Assembly: GCA_022823465.1 (NCBI GenBank)
Contig: JAJEHX010000029.1
Coordinates: forward strand, 7,852 to 71,851
Direction of reading: 5' to 3'
From: Candidatus Latescibacterota bacterium
Lineage (GTDB): Bacteria > JAAXHH01
DNA: 64,000 bases
Made by a program: the position numbers and the translations under genes. Shown in pieces: positions 29,122-38,371 of the stretch. Under the pieces are notes generated by a model. The model ran no database searches. It saw nothing but the letters and a program-made list of their open reading frames with translations, and had not been told where the DNA came from. How positions within the stretch are numbered: the first letter of the stretch is position 1; the number at the start of each line of letters is the position of its first letter.

Positions 29122-29847
29122 CTACAACTCTACTTCCTTCACGACGAGGTTCGTGATGCTCTCTAGCAGATCTTCGAGGTATTCAAGGTCGTGCCTTTCC
29201 TGGCGCCCGAGCACATACTCCTGTATATCCGCCAGTTCATCCTGAAATCCTTCCGAATAACCACTCAGCAGAAACGCCGGGATCAACTCTCGTTTGTTCA
29301 GGATGAATGAGTCCGTCTTGTCCCATAACAGCAGACGAATCTCGGTCAGCATTCGGTTGACGGCGGCCACTACGCTGTGCTCGGCGTCGGGTCGATCCGA
29401 TCTCAACCATGTATGGAACACCCTTGCCCAGGCTCGAAAGTCGCCGCGGGCAGGCATGGGAACATTGGCCAGGTCATAGTTTCCCCAGATGCGTCTCCCC
29501 TGTACAAGAAGCCGGTATATCTCGGGTACGAGTTCCTTTTCCGGGTCGTAAGGAGGGTAGATATCGATCTCCGGGAGTATGATACCTCCAAAGTCTTTTG
29601 GAATCCCATACTTCAGGACCAATTCTGTTCGGATTTCCCGTAATCTGGCTCTCAAACCGCTGGAAACAGTATCTCGGACGACAAGGGCCGTGTCGATGTC
29701 GCTTCGGCCCGGTATGTACTCGTCGGCGCCCAGTGATCCGATGACATAAACCCCGAGGATGCTGTCATCTACATCCTCTCGTTTGGCGATTTCCGAGAAC
29801 TCCCTGGCGATTTCCCAGGCTTGATCTTTCGAGATGATGGCATTCAT
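29122..29847 (-). CDS. Nucleotidyltransferase-fold protein (ANT/AadA-like minimal NTase with a C-terminal helical domain)
   Basis: NTase motif VYVIGSLGADEYIPGRSDIDTALVV; 241 aa. Confidence 0.55.
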   Translation of the reverse strand: MNAIISKDQAWEIAREFSEIAKREDVDDSILGVYVIGSLGADEYIPGRSDIDTALVVRDTVSSGLRARLREIRTELVLKYGIPKDFGGIILPEIDIYPPYDPEKELVPEIYRLLVQGRRIWGNYDLANVPMPARGDFRAWARVFHTWLRSDRPDAEHSVVAAVNRMLTEIRLLLWDKTDSFILNKRELIPAFLLSGYSEGFQDELADIQEYVLGRQERHDLEYLEDLLESITNLVVKEVEL

Positions 29848-30098
29848 GGCTGAACGGGTCCAAAATCAGGTAATCTTCGAGACATTACGATACGTGCGAA
29901 CGTTCGGGCGAAACAGTATTGTGCAGGTTTTCAATCTCCTGAAGGGAGTTCACCGGGTTCTTCCGCGAAGCAGCAATCGCATGTTTGTAAATCGTGAACT
30001 AGGCGATGAACATGGCGACGACGCTTCCCGCCAGGGGAACCAGGCGATATCGATACCCGCCACGTATGCGTAGTTCTGCCTAGATGCGTATAAGCAGG

Positions 30099-30396
30099 TT
30101 AGGAGTGATAGGGGTGAGTGAAGATTACGACCGGTTCGATTTGCTCGCGGCTTGTGCAAAGGTGGAAGTCCTCTACCACGCCGATAACGCGTCCTTTCGT
30201 TACGCCGAAGGGGATCCAATCGAGCTGTTGGCCGATCGCGTCGAGGGGCGTTCCCCAGTCCAGGAAGCGCACGGACGTCTCGTTCAGCAAGAGACCCGTA
30301 GTGGAGTCCGTCCCCCAGTCCGATGATGTTGATGAACGAATAGGCGGGATGCCGTAGCAGGTTACGTGCCGCTATAGCGAGGTAGTTCCGGATCAT
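30099..30396 (-). pseudogene. Decayed remnant of an ADOP-type permease gene (N-terminal 27 aa plus an internal MacB_PCD fragment; most of the gene deleted)
   Basis: MIRNYLAIAARNLLRHPAYSFINIIGL matches the paralog N-termini. A second frame encodes ...LNETSVRFLDWGTPLDAIGQQLDWIPFGVTKGRVIGVVEDFHLCTSREQIEPVVIFTHPY, matching ...INEAAVARLGYESAGEALGKEI...IVGVVRDFHYATLHEPIEPLVLFPNYP of paralog 1. No FtsX domains remain. Confidence 0.6.
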
Positions 30397-30682
30397 TGTG
30401 GCCTTATGCTAGTTAAATCCCGGTAGGGGGAGTACGAGATAAGGTAACGGTTTTCGTGGGGGTATTCCCGGGGAGTTGCGTGCGACCGACGAACTATGGT
30501 TTTGTGGCTCGAAGTCGGGAATCTATTTTGATCTTGAAAGATCCGTAGGTATTGTAAATATCGTAATTGGGATGTATGTAAGGGTCAGGATATGAAGGAA
30601 CGACCTTGGATTCCTGCTACCGCTTCGTAAGTATAAGGTACGGTTTACCCAGCCGCATGCAAACCAGAAACAAGGTGGCCTT

Positions 30683-32578
30683 ATGCTGTCCCTTGAAATG
30701 GTTTTCGACAAGCGATTTAGTCCTTTGAAATTTGGAGGGTTCGACGCAATACCCGACTCGACGGACCTGGTCGTATCCACAGGAATTTCAAATGGAAGTT
30801 ATCTACTCCAACGGCTTGATGGCCTGACAGGCAAACGGACCAGCCTGAATATACAGGGCAGGTCTCCGAAGGTGTCTCCGGATGGAGTACAATTCCTCTT
30901 TACCTCGGTACAGCATCAAGATCGGACGATTTGCCGTTATCATCTGACCACAGAAGATGTCGTGGAGTTGTTTCCGGCCGATTTGGTTTTCGCCGGACAG
31001 GTATGTTGGTCTCCGGATGCCGATCGTATTGCCACGGTGGTGAAAGTTGAACCTTCGTTGGAAGCGGGTCCAGCCAAGCGGTTTCCAGACAGTTCTGCCA
31101 GAGTCTACTCGGTTCGTCCGTTACAGCCTGCATACGAGATTCGAATTCTCGAATTGGATACGCGACGGTGGACAACGGTATACAAGGGCGGAGAATTGAT
31201 TCGTGACCTCTCTTGGGCCGGGAACTACCTGGTGTTTCATGCCGTCGTACCACTGCTAACCGGCACTGATTCCGATCCCAAAGGTGAAATAAGGGTGCTG
31301 GATCTCCAGACAGGGAATGCCGTAACCGTTGTCGAAAAAGGCGGAGTACAACACCTTCGTCCGGTTCCTTCTCCGGATGGACGGCTGATCGCATTCAATT
31401 ACGATCCCAATAATCTCCACTATCCTTATTTTTGCCATCTTGCCGTTGTCCCTACAGATGGCGGGAGCGTACGCCAACTCACACGTGACATGTTTATCAA
31501 CGGCACTTCTGCGTGGGCTTCCGACGGCGAGGGTATCTATTTCGTTTTCGGGGAAGGAGTCTACCGCCAGATCGGTTACTCGGACCTGTCAGGTAACACA
31601 CGGGTATTGACCGACTCTCCCAGTTGGAAGAAGCCGAGAATCGTTGCCGTTTCAGATCGATCGATGGTGGGATTTCACGCCACGGATGCCGACTGCCGTT
31701 CGTTTATTGCTGTAAGTACCCAGGAGAAAGAGAAAGTCCTGTTGGATCTTACTGCCCACACGGACTCCGATATCCTAGGGGTATCTGAAGAGCTCAAGGT
31801 CGATCACGATGGACTCGTCCTGAAGGGATTGCTCATAACACCTAAACGCGGTGTGTCGGGGAACCTGCCCCTGATTGTCCAGCTACACGGCGGACCGGTC
31901 GGAGGAGTGCGCGATGCCAGCACGATCGTCGGCGGTCCCGTGGAGTGGCATTTCTGGACCAGTCTCGGGTACGCCGTGCTGTTGCCGGATTATCGAAGCA
32001 GTCTGGTGTACGGATGGAACGAGTTTGAACTGGGTAGAACCCGTCAGGATTTTTACGAACGTGATTTCTCTGATATTCAGGCCGTAATTGACTTCGTTGT
32101 GAAATCACGGTCCGTTGACAGAACCAGGCTGTGCCTTATGGGTCACAGCTATGGCGCAACCCTGACGAATTGGGTGCTCACCCGGACTGACATGTTCAGA
32201 GCCGCAATGTCCTTCGACGGGATTGTAGACCACTTCTATCGATATGGAACCGGGAATCTGGCGGGAAAGGGTGTGAAGACCTGGGAATACCAGTTCGGCG
32301 GGGAACCCTGGAAAGCAGAAGGGAATTACCGTAGGTCTTCTGCCCTCCCGGAACTCGGGAACGTTAAGACACCGACCCTGTTGGCGGTAGCGGGCCCCGA
32401 TGTGTTGTATCAGTACGAGTATATGTATACCGTTGTGAAGAAGCTCAGTGTGCCTGTTGAACTTGTCAGCTATCCCGATGAAGACCACGTTCTCAGACGA
32501 ATCGAAAACAAGAAGGACCTGCTCACAAGGACTGCGGACTGGTTCTCGCGACATATGAATCAAGACGACGCAATGTGA
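30683..32578 (+). CDS. S9-family serine peptidase (prolyl oligopeptidase/acylaminoacyl peptidase-like: N-terminal beta-propeller plus C-terminal alpha/beta hydrolase)
   Basis: Nucleophile elbow GHSYGA; Asp/His region PDEDHVL; repeated propeller signatures (SPDG...). Good RBS (AAGGTGG) 5 nt upstream. Lower GC than the flanks. Confidence 0.8.
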   Translation: MLSLEMVFDKRFSPLKFGGFDAIPDSTDLVVSTGISNGSYLLQRLDGLTGKRTSLNIQGRSPKVSPDGVQFLFTSVQHQDRTICRYHLTTEDVVELFPADLVFAGQVCWSPDADRIATVVKVEPSLEAGPAKRFPDSSARVYSVRPLQPAYEIRILELDTRRWTTVYKGGELIRDLSWAGNYLVFHAVVPLLTGTDSDPKGEIRVLDLQTGNAVTVVEKGGVQHLRPVPSPDGRLIAFNYDPNNLHYPYFCHLAVVPTDGGSVRQLTRDMFINGTSAWASDGEGIYFVFGEGVYRQIGYSDLSGNTRVLTDSPSWKKPRIVAVSDRSMVGFHATDADCRSFIAVSTQEKEKVLLDLTAHTDSDILGVSEELKVDHDGLVLKGLLITPKRGVSGNLPLIVQLHGGPVGGVRDASTIVGGPVEWHFWTSLGYAVLLPDYRSSLVYGWNEFELGRTRQDFYERDFSDIQAVIDFVVKSRSVDRTRLCLMGHSYGATLTNWVLTRTDMFRAAMSFDGIVDHFYRYGTGNLAGKGVKTWEYQFGGEPWKAEGNYRRSSALPELGNVKTPTLLAVAGPDVLYQYEYMYTVVKKLSVPVELVSYPDEDHVLRRIENKKDLLTRTADWFSRHMNQDDAM

Positions 32579-32721
32579 CACTGATTTCACCGAGGAAATG
32601 GGTAGCCCGCATTCACTAAAAAGGGCTCATCACTTCGTGCGCAGCGATTCTGCGGGACTGGCCGTCGCGGCTTTTGATGACTGATATCCGACTGTGATCC
32701 ATGCAAAAACAGCGCAGCATG

Positions 32722-35106
32722 TCAACCGTTTGGCGATCGTATCGAATCCACCGGATTGGCGGTTGCGGCTTTGAGCGTATGGTAACTGACCGTAGACATG
32801 ACGATCAATAAGGTAATCAGTCCCGCGAATACAAACGGTTTGAAGTCCAGGTCCGCTCGATATGCGAAGTTCTGCAGCCAGTAGGTCATGACCAGGTACG
32901 CAATGGGCGTAGCCGCCAGAATCGCCGTGAGTACCATGACCAGGTATTCTCTGGCCAGTAGCGACACGGTATGGGCGAGCGTCCCTCCGAGTATCTTGCG
33001 TATGCCAATCTCACGGCCCCTGTTTTTCGTTGTAAACGCCACCAGCCCCACAAGTCCGAGGCAGGCAATGAGCAGCAGTATCAACGAAAACACCATCAAC
33101 ATCGAGCCGATCGTTTCTTCAGATTTGTACTGCTCGTCGAAGATGTCATCCAGAAACGAGTAGAGGAGTGGAAAATCGGGATACAGCGTTCCCCAGGTAT
33201 GTTCGACGGCCCTTAGCGCCGAAACCATGTGTTCCGGATGAAGCCGTATCGATATGTACCCTCCAGGTCCCCGGGCCATCAACAGGGGCTCGATGGGATG
33301 ATGAAGAGATCTCATGTGAAAATCCCTTACGACGCCGATTACCTGAAAATCGCCATTGTTCCATGGAGTGTCCATGTTGATCGGTTGATCAATAGCCGTC
33401 TCGGGCCTTTCCCATCCGAGTCGCCTGGCGGCGGCTTCGTTCAATATGATCCCGTTTCCGGGTTTTGCCGCGAAAAGCTGGCCGGTCAGCATTTCCAATC
33501 CCAGGGTTTCTAATATGTCCATATCCGCAAAAAGCATCGGGATTTCGAAGTGCCGGGCGACGGGACTATTGCCCGATCGAACCTTGAACGTAGGGAGAAA
33601 GCCGCGGCCGCCCACATTCCCGGGGATCGTAAAGGAAACGGCTACGCCCGAGATGACCGGACTTTGAAGCAGCTCGTTTTTGAAAACCTCGTAGTCTTTG
33701 AGTATCTTTTCGAACGTCGCCGTGATGACGACGACAGGATCTTCCGTGAATCCCAGGGGTTTCGATTTCAAATACGATAGTTGTTGATATACCGTGGCCG
33801 AAGCGGCGAGTATCGTTACCGTGACCATGAACTGAAGGGTCACCAGGCCCTTTCTGACCGTATACCGCCCGCCGTCGAATCCGGAATGCCCGCCGTAGAT
33901 GACCAGGGCCTTCTTTTTCAGGAACAACAAGGCAGGATAGGCTCCCGACAGTACGGCTAAAAGCACCATTGCGCAGATCGCGGCGATCCATCCCCAGGAC
34001 CAGCCGATGCTCGAAATGGCGTATGATTTCTCAAGCCACGAATTGAAGGTGGGCAGGATAAGATAAACCAGGCCAATCGCGAGCATGAATGCGCAAGAGG
34101 TGACGATTGTCGATTCGCACAGGTATTGCCTGACCAGGTGGCGTTGATGGGCGCCAACCAGGAATCTCGCCCTGAATTCATGCAGCCTGTTCGCCGATAG
34201 GGCAGTAGCCAGTATGATGTAGTTGAAACAGGCGACGAGAATCAGAAAGCAGGCCAGCGATGTCAGAATGAAAAGCGTAGCGCTGTCGGTATTTGGCGAA
34301 AGTTCAGTATCCAGATTTGATGAAGTATGGATTTCCACCAGGGGTTGAAGAAAAGGACTGCTCTCAGGCCTGAGCGAGGGCTGGACATGCTTGTCGAGAA
34401 AACCCGGCAGTTTCTGTTCCAGGTCCGATGCCGCGGCGTCTTCCGTTAACAGGAGATAGGTAAAGTACCGGCGGTCCGTCCAGCGCGTTAACGGATTGCC
34501 ATAGTACAGTTCCGTTCTTGTGATCATCGAGATGAAGAAATCCCCTCTGATGTGCGTATTGGCAGGCGCATCCTGAATCACTCCGGTTACCGTGAGATCG
34601 AATAAATCATCGGCCCTTATAATCCTGCCGACAGGATTGGCCTCTTCGAAGTATTTCTCCGCGACGTTTTCGGTGATCACGACTGAATAGGGTGCGCTGA
34701 GCGCGGAATTGCCGCCGCCGCTTACAAATCGATACGAAAAGACATCGAACAACGATTCATCGGCCCAGTAGACGCTACGCTCATAGTTGACCTTGTCCCC
34801 GGCACGCATCATCCATTGTCCCGCGGGCGGGAGCAGCCGAACCGAATCGACCACTTCCGGAAATTCCCTTTGCAAAGCGGGCCCCATGGCCGCGGCGACC
34901 TGGCCGCTAGTCCCAAACACGACCCGGTAGATCCTGTCCGCATGGGCATGGTAACGATCAAAGCCGATTTCTTCTTTTACGTGCAAGAGAAGCAACAGGC
35001 ATCCAGCCATCCCGATGGCCAGGCCCGCGACGTTGATCAGCGTGTAGCTGATACGCCTGCGCAGACTGCGAAGAGCGGTCTTCAGATAGTAGGGGAACAT
35101 GTTCAT
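32722..35106 (-). CDS. ADOP-type orphan ABC permease, paralog 3
   Basis: 794 aa (MNMFPYYLKTALRSLRRRISYTLINVAGLAIGMA...) with duplicated FtsX and MacB_PCD-like domains. Confidence 0.85.
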   Translation of the reverse strand: MNMFPYYLKTALRSLRRRISYTLINVAGLAIGMAGCLLLLLHVKEEIGFDRYHAHADRIYRVVFGTSGQVAAAMGPALQREFPEVVDSVRLLPPAGQWMMRAGDKVNYERSVYWADESLFDVFSYRFVSGGGNSALSAPYSVVITENVAEKYFEEANPVGRIIRADDLFDLTVTGVIQDAPANTHIRGDFFISMITRTELYYGNPLTRWTDRRYFTYLLLTEDAAASDLEQKLPGFLDKHVQPSLRPESSPFLQPLVEIHTSSNLDTELSPNTDSATLFILTSLACFLILVACFNYIILATALSANRLHEFRARFLVGAHQRHLVRQYLCESTIVTSCAFMLAIGLVYLILPTFNSWLEKSYAISSIGWSWGWIAAICAMVLLAVLSGAYPALLFLKKKALVIYGGHSGFDGGRYTVRKGLVTLQFMVTVTILAASATVYQQLSYLKSKPLGFTEDPVVVITATFEKILKDYEVFKNELLQSPVISGVAVSFTIPGNVGGRGFLPTFKVRSGNSPVARHFEIPMLFADMDILETLGLEMLTGQLFAAKPGNGIILNEAAARRLGWERPETAIDQPINMDTPWNNGDFQVIGVVRDFHMRSLHHPIEPLLMARGPGGYISIRLHPEHMVSALRAVEHTWGTLYPDFPLLYSFLDDIFDEQYKSEETIGSMLMVFSLILLLIACLGLVGLVAFTTKNRGREIGIRKILGGTLAHTVSLLAREYLVMVLTAILAATPIAYLVMTYWLQNFAYRADLDFKPFVFAGLITLLIVMSTVSYHTLKAATANPVDSIRSPNG

Positions 35107-35191
35107 TTCGGCGAAGGCCTGTTTGGGGAATTATGTACCTTCAAACATTACTATTGAATGGCGCCTGAGTCCCGTCTCTTCGCGCATATTC

Positions 35192-35264
35192 GGCTATGTT
35201 AAGGCTATGTTAAGGCTATAGTACAGACTATTTAACAAGGCTATTGTACAAAAAACTGTTTAAG
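35192..35264. repeat. Tandem 11-13-bp direct repeats (GGCTATGTTAA x2, GGCTATAGTAC, AGACTATTTAACAA, GGCTATTGTACAA) in the ADOP3/lexA divergent region
   Basis: Read directly at 35193, 35204, 35215, 35226 and 35239. Confidence 0.55.
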
Positions 35265-35404
35265 GGGTGTCAACTTTCTGGCGTGACGGACCAGCAACTT
35301 ACAACTCATTGGAAATTATCTGACCGGTCTCACCGCAGTCCATACCCCCGATCCCACCTCCCAACCCCTTCCCAACTCACCAATCCTACAAAAACACTTG
35401 ACAT

Positions 35405-35422
35405 AACAGACAAATGTCTGTT
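35405..35422. promoter_or_regulatory. Perfect 8-2-8 palindrome AACAGACA-AA-TGTCTGTT; candidate LexA (SOS) operator ~180 bp upstream of lexA
   Basis: AACAGACA is the exact reverse complement of TGTCTGTT. ACAG-N8-CTGT is the arm order inverted relative to the E. coli CTGT-N8-ACAG box. It is the only strong palindrome upstream of the lexA-imuA-imuB-dnaE2 operon. Confidence 0.4.
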
Positions 35423-35601
35423 TTATGGACTTTAAGACGCTCGTTTGACGCGCCTCGACACGTTTGGCATGCTGATTGTTTAACGCGCAGAATCGTTTGG
35501 AGCGCCGTCTTGGTGCGTCGATCCGTTACATCGGCTCGTCGCGTCGGTCCATTTCGCCGGCCCATCGCGTCGGCTCTTTTCACCGTCCCTGGGAGACCAT
35601 C

Positions 35602-36216
35602 ATGGCCTACACATCGCCTGGAGAGACCAGAGAGAAGATCTACGGTTTCGTGCGGGACCGGATCATGAACGGGACCTCGCCCACGACCCGCGAAGTGCAG
35701 CGCGCCTTCGGGTTCCGGGCGGTCCAGTCGGCCCGGCAGCACCTGGAGAAGCTGGTGCTCGAGGGGAAGCTCGCCAAGGTGGACGGCAGGTCCAGGGGCT
35801 ACCGTCTTCCGGAGTTCGGCAAGGCCAGTCCGCCCCAACTGGTCCCCATGCTGGGGCGCGTCCAGGCGGGCGAGTTGACCGAGGCCATGGAGAACCCGCC
35901 GGAATACATCATGGCGCAGACGCGCTTCGAGGACGGCGAACTCTTCGCGCTGACCGTGGAGGGGGAGAGCATGCTCTACGCCGGTATCCTGCCGGGGGAC
36001 ATGGTGATCGTGCGCCGGCAGCCGACGGCCAGTCCGGGAGATATCGTGGTGGCGCTGGTGGGCGAGGAAGCCACGGTGAAGCGGTACCGTGAGCGGGACG
36101 GGCGCGTCGAACTGCATCCGGAGAACGATGCTTTCAGCCCGATCATTCCCCGTGAGGATGGCGCGCCCTTTTCGCTCCTGGGCAAGGTCATCGAGGTGAG
36201 ACGGAGCGTGGACTAA
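35602..36216 (+). CDS. lexA: LexA repressor (S24 peptidase)
   Basis: Winged HTH (GTSPTTREVQRAFGFRAVQSARQHLEKLVLEGKL), cleavage-site region, and S24 domain with GESM...GILPGDMVIVRR...KRY. The true start is MAYTSPGETREKIYGF (35602), not the upstream ATG of the listed ORF. Confidence 0.9.
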   Translation: MAYTSPGETREKIYGFVRDRIMNGTSPTTREVQRAFGFRAVQSARQHLEKLVLEGKLAKVDGRSRGYRLPEFGKASPPQLVPMLGRVQAGELTEAMENPPEYIMAQTRFEDGELFALTVEGESMLYAGILPGDMVIVRRQPTASPGDIVVALVGEEATVKRYRERDGRVELHPENDAFSPIIPREDGAPFSLLGKVIEVRRSVD

Positions 36217-36300
36217 ACTCATGCCGGCTAAGGAGTACCGGATAGACGCGCCGGGCAAGAAACGCCGGGCAGCATCATCGGGACAACCGAAGGAGAAGCC

Positions 36301-36936
36301 ATGTCGGCCCCGCAGGACCGGGATCCGCAGGATCTCGAACCCTACTTCACGCGGATGCCCGCCGGAGACCGGAAGGCGCAGCCGCGCTGGTCGCGGACGC
36401 AACTGGCCGGACGCCTTTGCGAACTCTCGTCTGTCCCCGGGACCGCCCTGCTGACTGCCGCTTTCCGGCTGGTGCTGGACGCGCAGCTCGAGGGCGAGCC
36501 GGCGGCCTGGATCACGGCGACGCCGGATACCTTCTTCGCGCCGGACGCGGCGGAGAGCGGCGTGGACCTGGACGCCCTGGCGGTCATCCGCGTCCCGGGC
36601 GCCGGCGCCGTGGCGCGCGCGGCGGACCGGGTCCTGCGATCGGGCGGCTTCGGCCTGGTTGTGATGGACCTGTACGCCGATTCCAGGATCCCCGTTCCGC
36701 TGCAGGTGCGCCTGGCCCGGCAGGCGCGGGACCACCATGCCGCCCTCCTGTGCCTGACCGCCAAGTCCCGGGAGGCGCCTTCGCTGGGACCGATGGTTTC
36801 CCTGAGAGGCCAGACTTCCAGCCGCCGCCTGGCGGTCGACCGTTTTCAATACGAAATCGAAATACTGAAGGACAGACGTCATGGACCGGGCTGGCGCCAC
36901 ACCGAAATCTGCCGGGGGCCGGACGGCCTGCATTAA
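36301..36936 (+). CDS. imuA: ImuA (SulA/RecA-like inactive ATPase of the mutasome cassette)
   Basis: 211 aa in the canonical position between lexA and imuB; RecA-like core remnants (LVLDAQLEGEPAAWITATPDTFF...LRSGGFGLVVMDL). Confidence 0.75.
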   Translation: MSAPQDRDPQDLEPYFTRMPAGDRKAQPRWSRTQLAGRLCELSSVPGTALLTAAFRLVLDAQLEGEPAAWITATPDTFFAPDAAESGVDLDALAVIRVPGAGAVARAADRVLRSGGFGLVVMDLYADSRIPVPLQVRLARQARDHHAALLCLTAKSREAPSLGPMVSLRGQTSSRRLAVDRFQYEIEILKDRRHGPGWRHTEICRGPDGLH

Positions 36937-38371
36937 CATCCGGGCGCTGCCGCTGCAGCTTCTGCTGAGGAGCCATCCGGAGTGGCGGGAAAGGCCGGTG
37001 GCGGTGGTGGAAGAAGAAAAACCCCTGAGCCCCGTGCTGTGGCTCAACGCCGCGGCCGTCCGGAACGGGATCCGGCCGGGCCTGCGATACGCCGCGGCCC
37101 TTTCCCTGGACCGCGACCTGTGCGCCGGGACGGTTTCGGAGGAGGAACTCCGGGCTGCGGTCCGGCAGGTCCACGGGGAACTGGGCCGCTTCAGTCCCCG
37201 GGTGGAGCCGTGCGGAGACGAGCCGGGCGTCTTCTGGGTGGACGCGGGTGGCCTGGGCTGGCTCTACGAGTCGTTCGCGGACTGGGCCGGACAGATGCAC
37301 GCCTGCCTTTCCCGGCTGGAACTCTCGGCGAGCATCGCGGTCGGCTTCGGCCGTTTCGGCACGTATGCCATCGCCAGGGCGAAGGACGCGGTGACCGTAC
37401 TCCCCTCCGTGGAAGTCGAGGAGGCCGAAAGCCGCGAGGTGCGGCTGCTTGATCTGCAGCTCGATCCAAAGCTCCGGGAACGCCTGGACAAGCTGGCCGT
37501 GTATACCGTGGGGGACTTCCTGGCACTCCCCGGGGAGCGTATCGCCCGGCATCTCGGCGAGCAGGCCAGGGAACTCTACCGCTTTGCGGCGGATGAACGG
37601 CCCACGCCGCTTCAGCCCCTGGCGCTTCCCGAACCCCTCCGCGCCCGGATGGAACTGGACGAAAACGAAACTGACGCCCGGAGCCTGCTGTTCCGGGTAT
37701 CTCAGCTCCTGGCGCCCCTGCTGAAGGCCGCCGCCGGAAGATGCCAGGCGGCTGCGGCGCTCCGGCTTCAATTCCGCCAGGAGGACGGGGCGCGGCGCCG
37801 CTTTCGCATCCAGGCGGCAGAGCCGACGCTGGCCGCGCCGGTCCTGCTGGAACTGGCCGGCCTGCACCTGGAAACGGTCTCCTTCCCCTTCCCCCCGGTG
37901 GCGTTGTCCCTCGAGGTGGAGGGCGTAGGCGTCACCGCCGAGAAACTGAACCTGTTGCAGGAGAACCCGAACCGCGATACCGGGTCGGCTATGCGCGCCC
38001 TGGCGCGGGTCCGGGCCGAGTTCGGACCCGATTCGGTGCTCACGGCCCGGCTCAGACCGGGGCATCTGCCGGAGGCCCGCTTCGCGTGGCATCCCTTCGG
38101 CAAGCTCGCCGAGGCCAGCCCCCGGCCGGTCGCGGTGCGCTCCCTGGTGCGGCGCGCCCATGCCAGTCCCCGCGTCCTGGAAGGCCTGCCCGTGAACTGG
38201 CCGTCGCCGCCGGCCCCGGGTCCGCCCCCGGAACACCTGGTCAGCGGTGGATGGTGGGTCCGGGAGGTCCGAAGGGATTACCGCTTCATCGACACCGGCC
38301 GGGGAGAAACTCTCTGGGTCTATTACGACCACCGGAGAGCCCGCTGGTACGTGCAGGGACGGGTCGAATGA
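36881..38371 (+). CDS. imuB: ImuB (Y-family polymerase-like, non-catalytic)
   Basis: 496 aa. UmuC/DinP-like N-terminal region ([12 protein letters not shown]...[29 protein letters not shown]). The stop overlaps the dnaE2 start (ATGA). Confidence 0.8.
   Translation: MDRAGATPKSAGGRTACINIRALPLQLLLRSHPEWRERPVAVVEEEKPLSPVLWLNAAAVRNGIRPGLRYAAALSLDRDLCAGTVSEEELRAAVRQVHGELGRFSPRVEPCGDEPGVFWVDAGGLGWLYESFADWAGQMHACLSRLELSASIAVGFGRFGTYAIARAKDAVTVLPSVEVEEAESREVRLLDLQLDPKLRERLDKLAVYTVGDFLALPGERIARHLGEQARELYRFAADERPTPLQPLALPEPLRARMELDENETDARSLLFRVSQLLAPLLKAAAGRCQAAAALRLQFRQEDGARRRFRIQAAEPTLAAPVLLELAGLHLETVSFPFPPVALSLEVEGVGVTAEKLNLLQENPNRDTGSAMRALARVRAEFGPDSVLTARLRPGHLPEARFAWHPFGKLAEASPRPVAVRSLVRRAHASPRVLEGLPVNWPSPPAPGPPPEHLVSGGWWVREVRRDYRFIDTGRGETLWVYYDHRRARWYVQGRVE

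Noticed and set aside
37741-38367. N-terminal 209-aa extension of the dnaE2 ORF listed from 37741
   Set aside because: Pro/Gly/Arg-rich low-complexity read-through inside imuB. The conserved PHP-domain start MTAGIQAY... begins at the ATG overlapping the imuB stop (38368).
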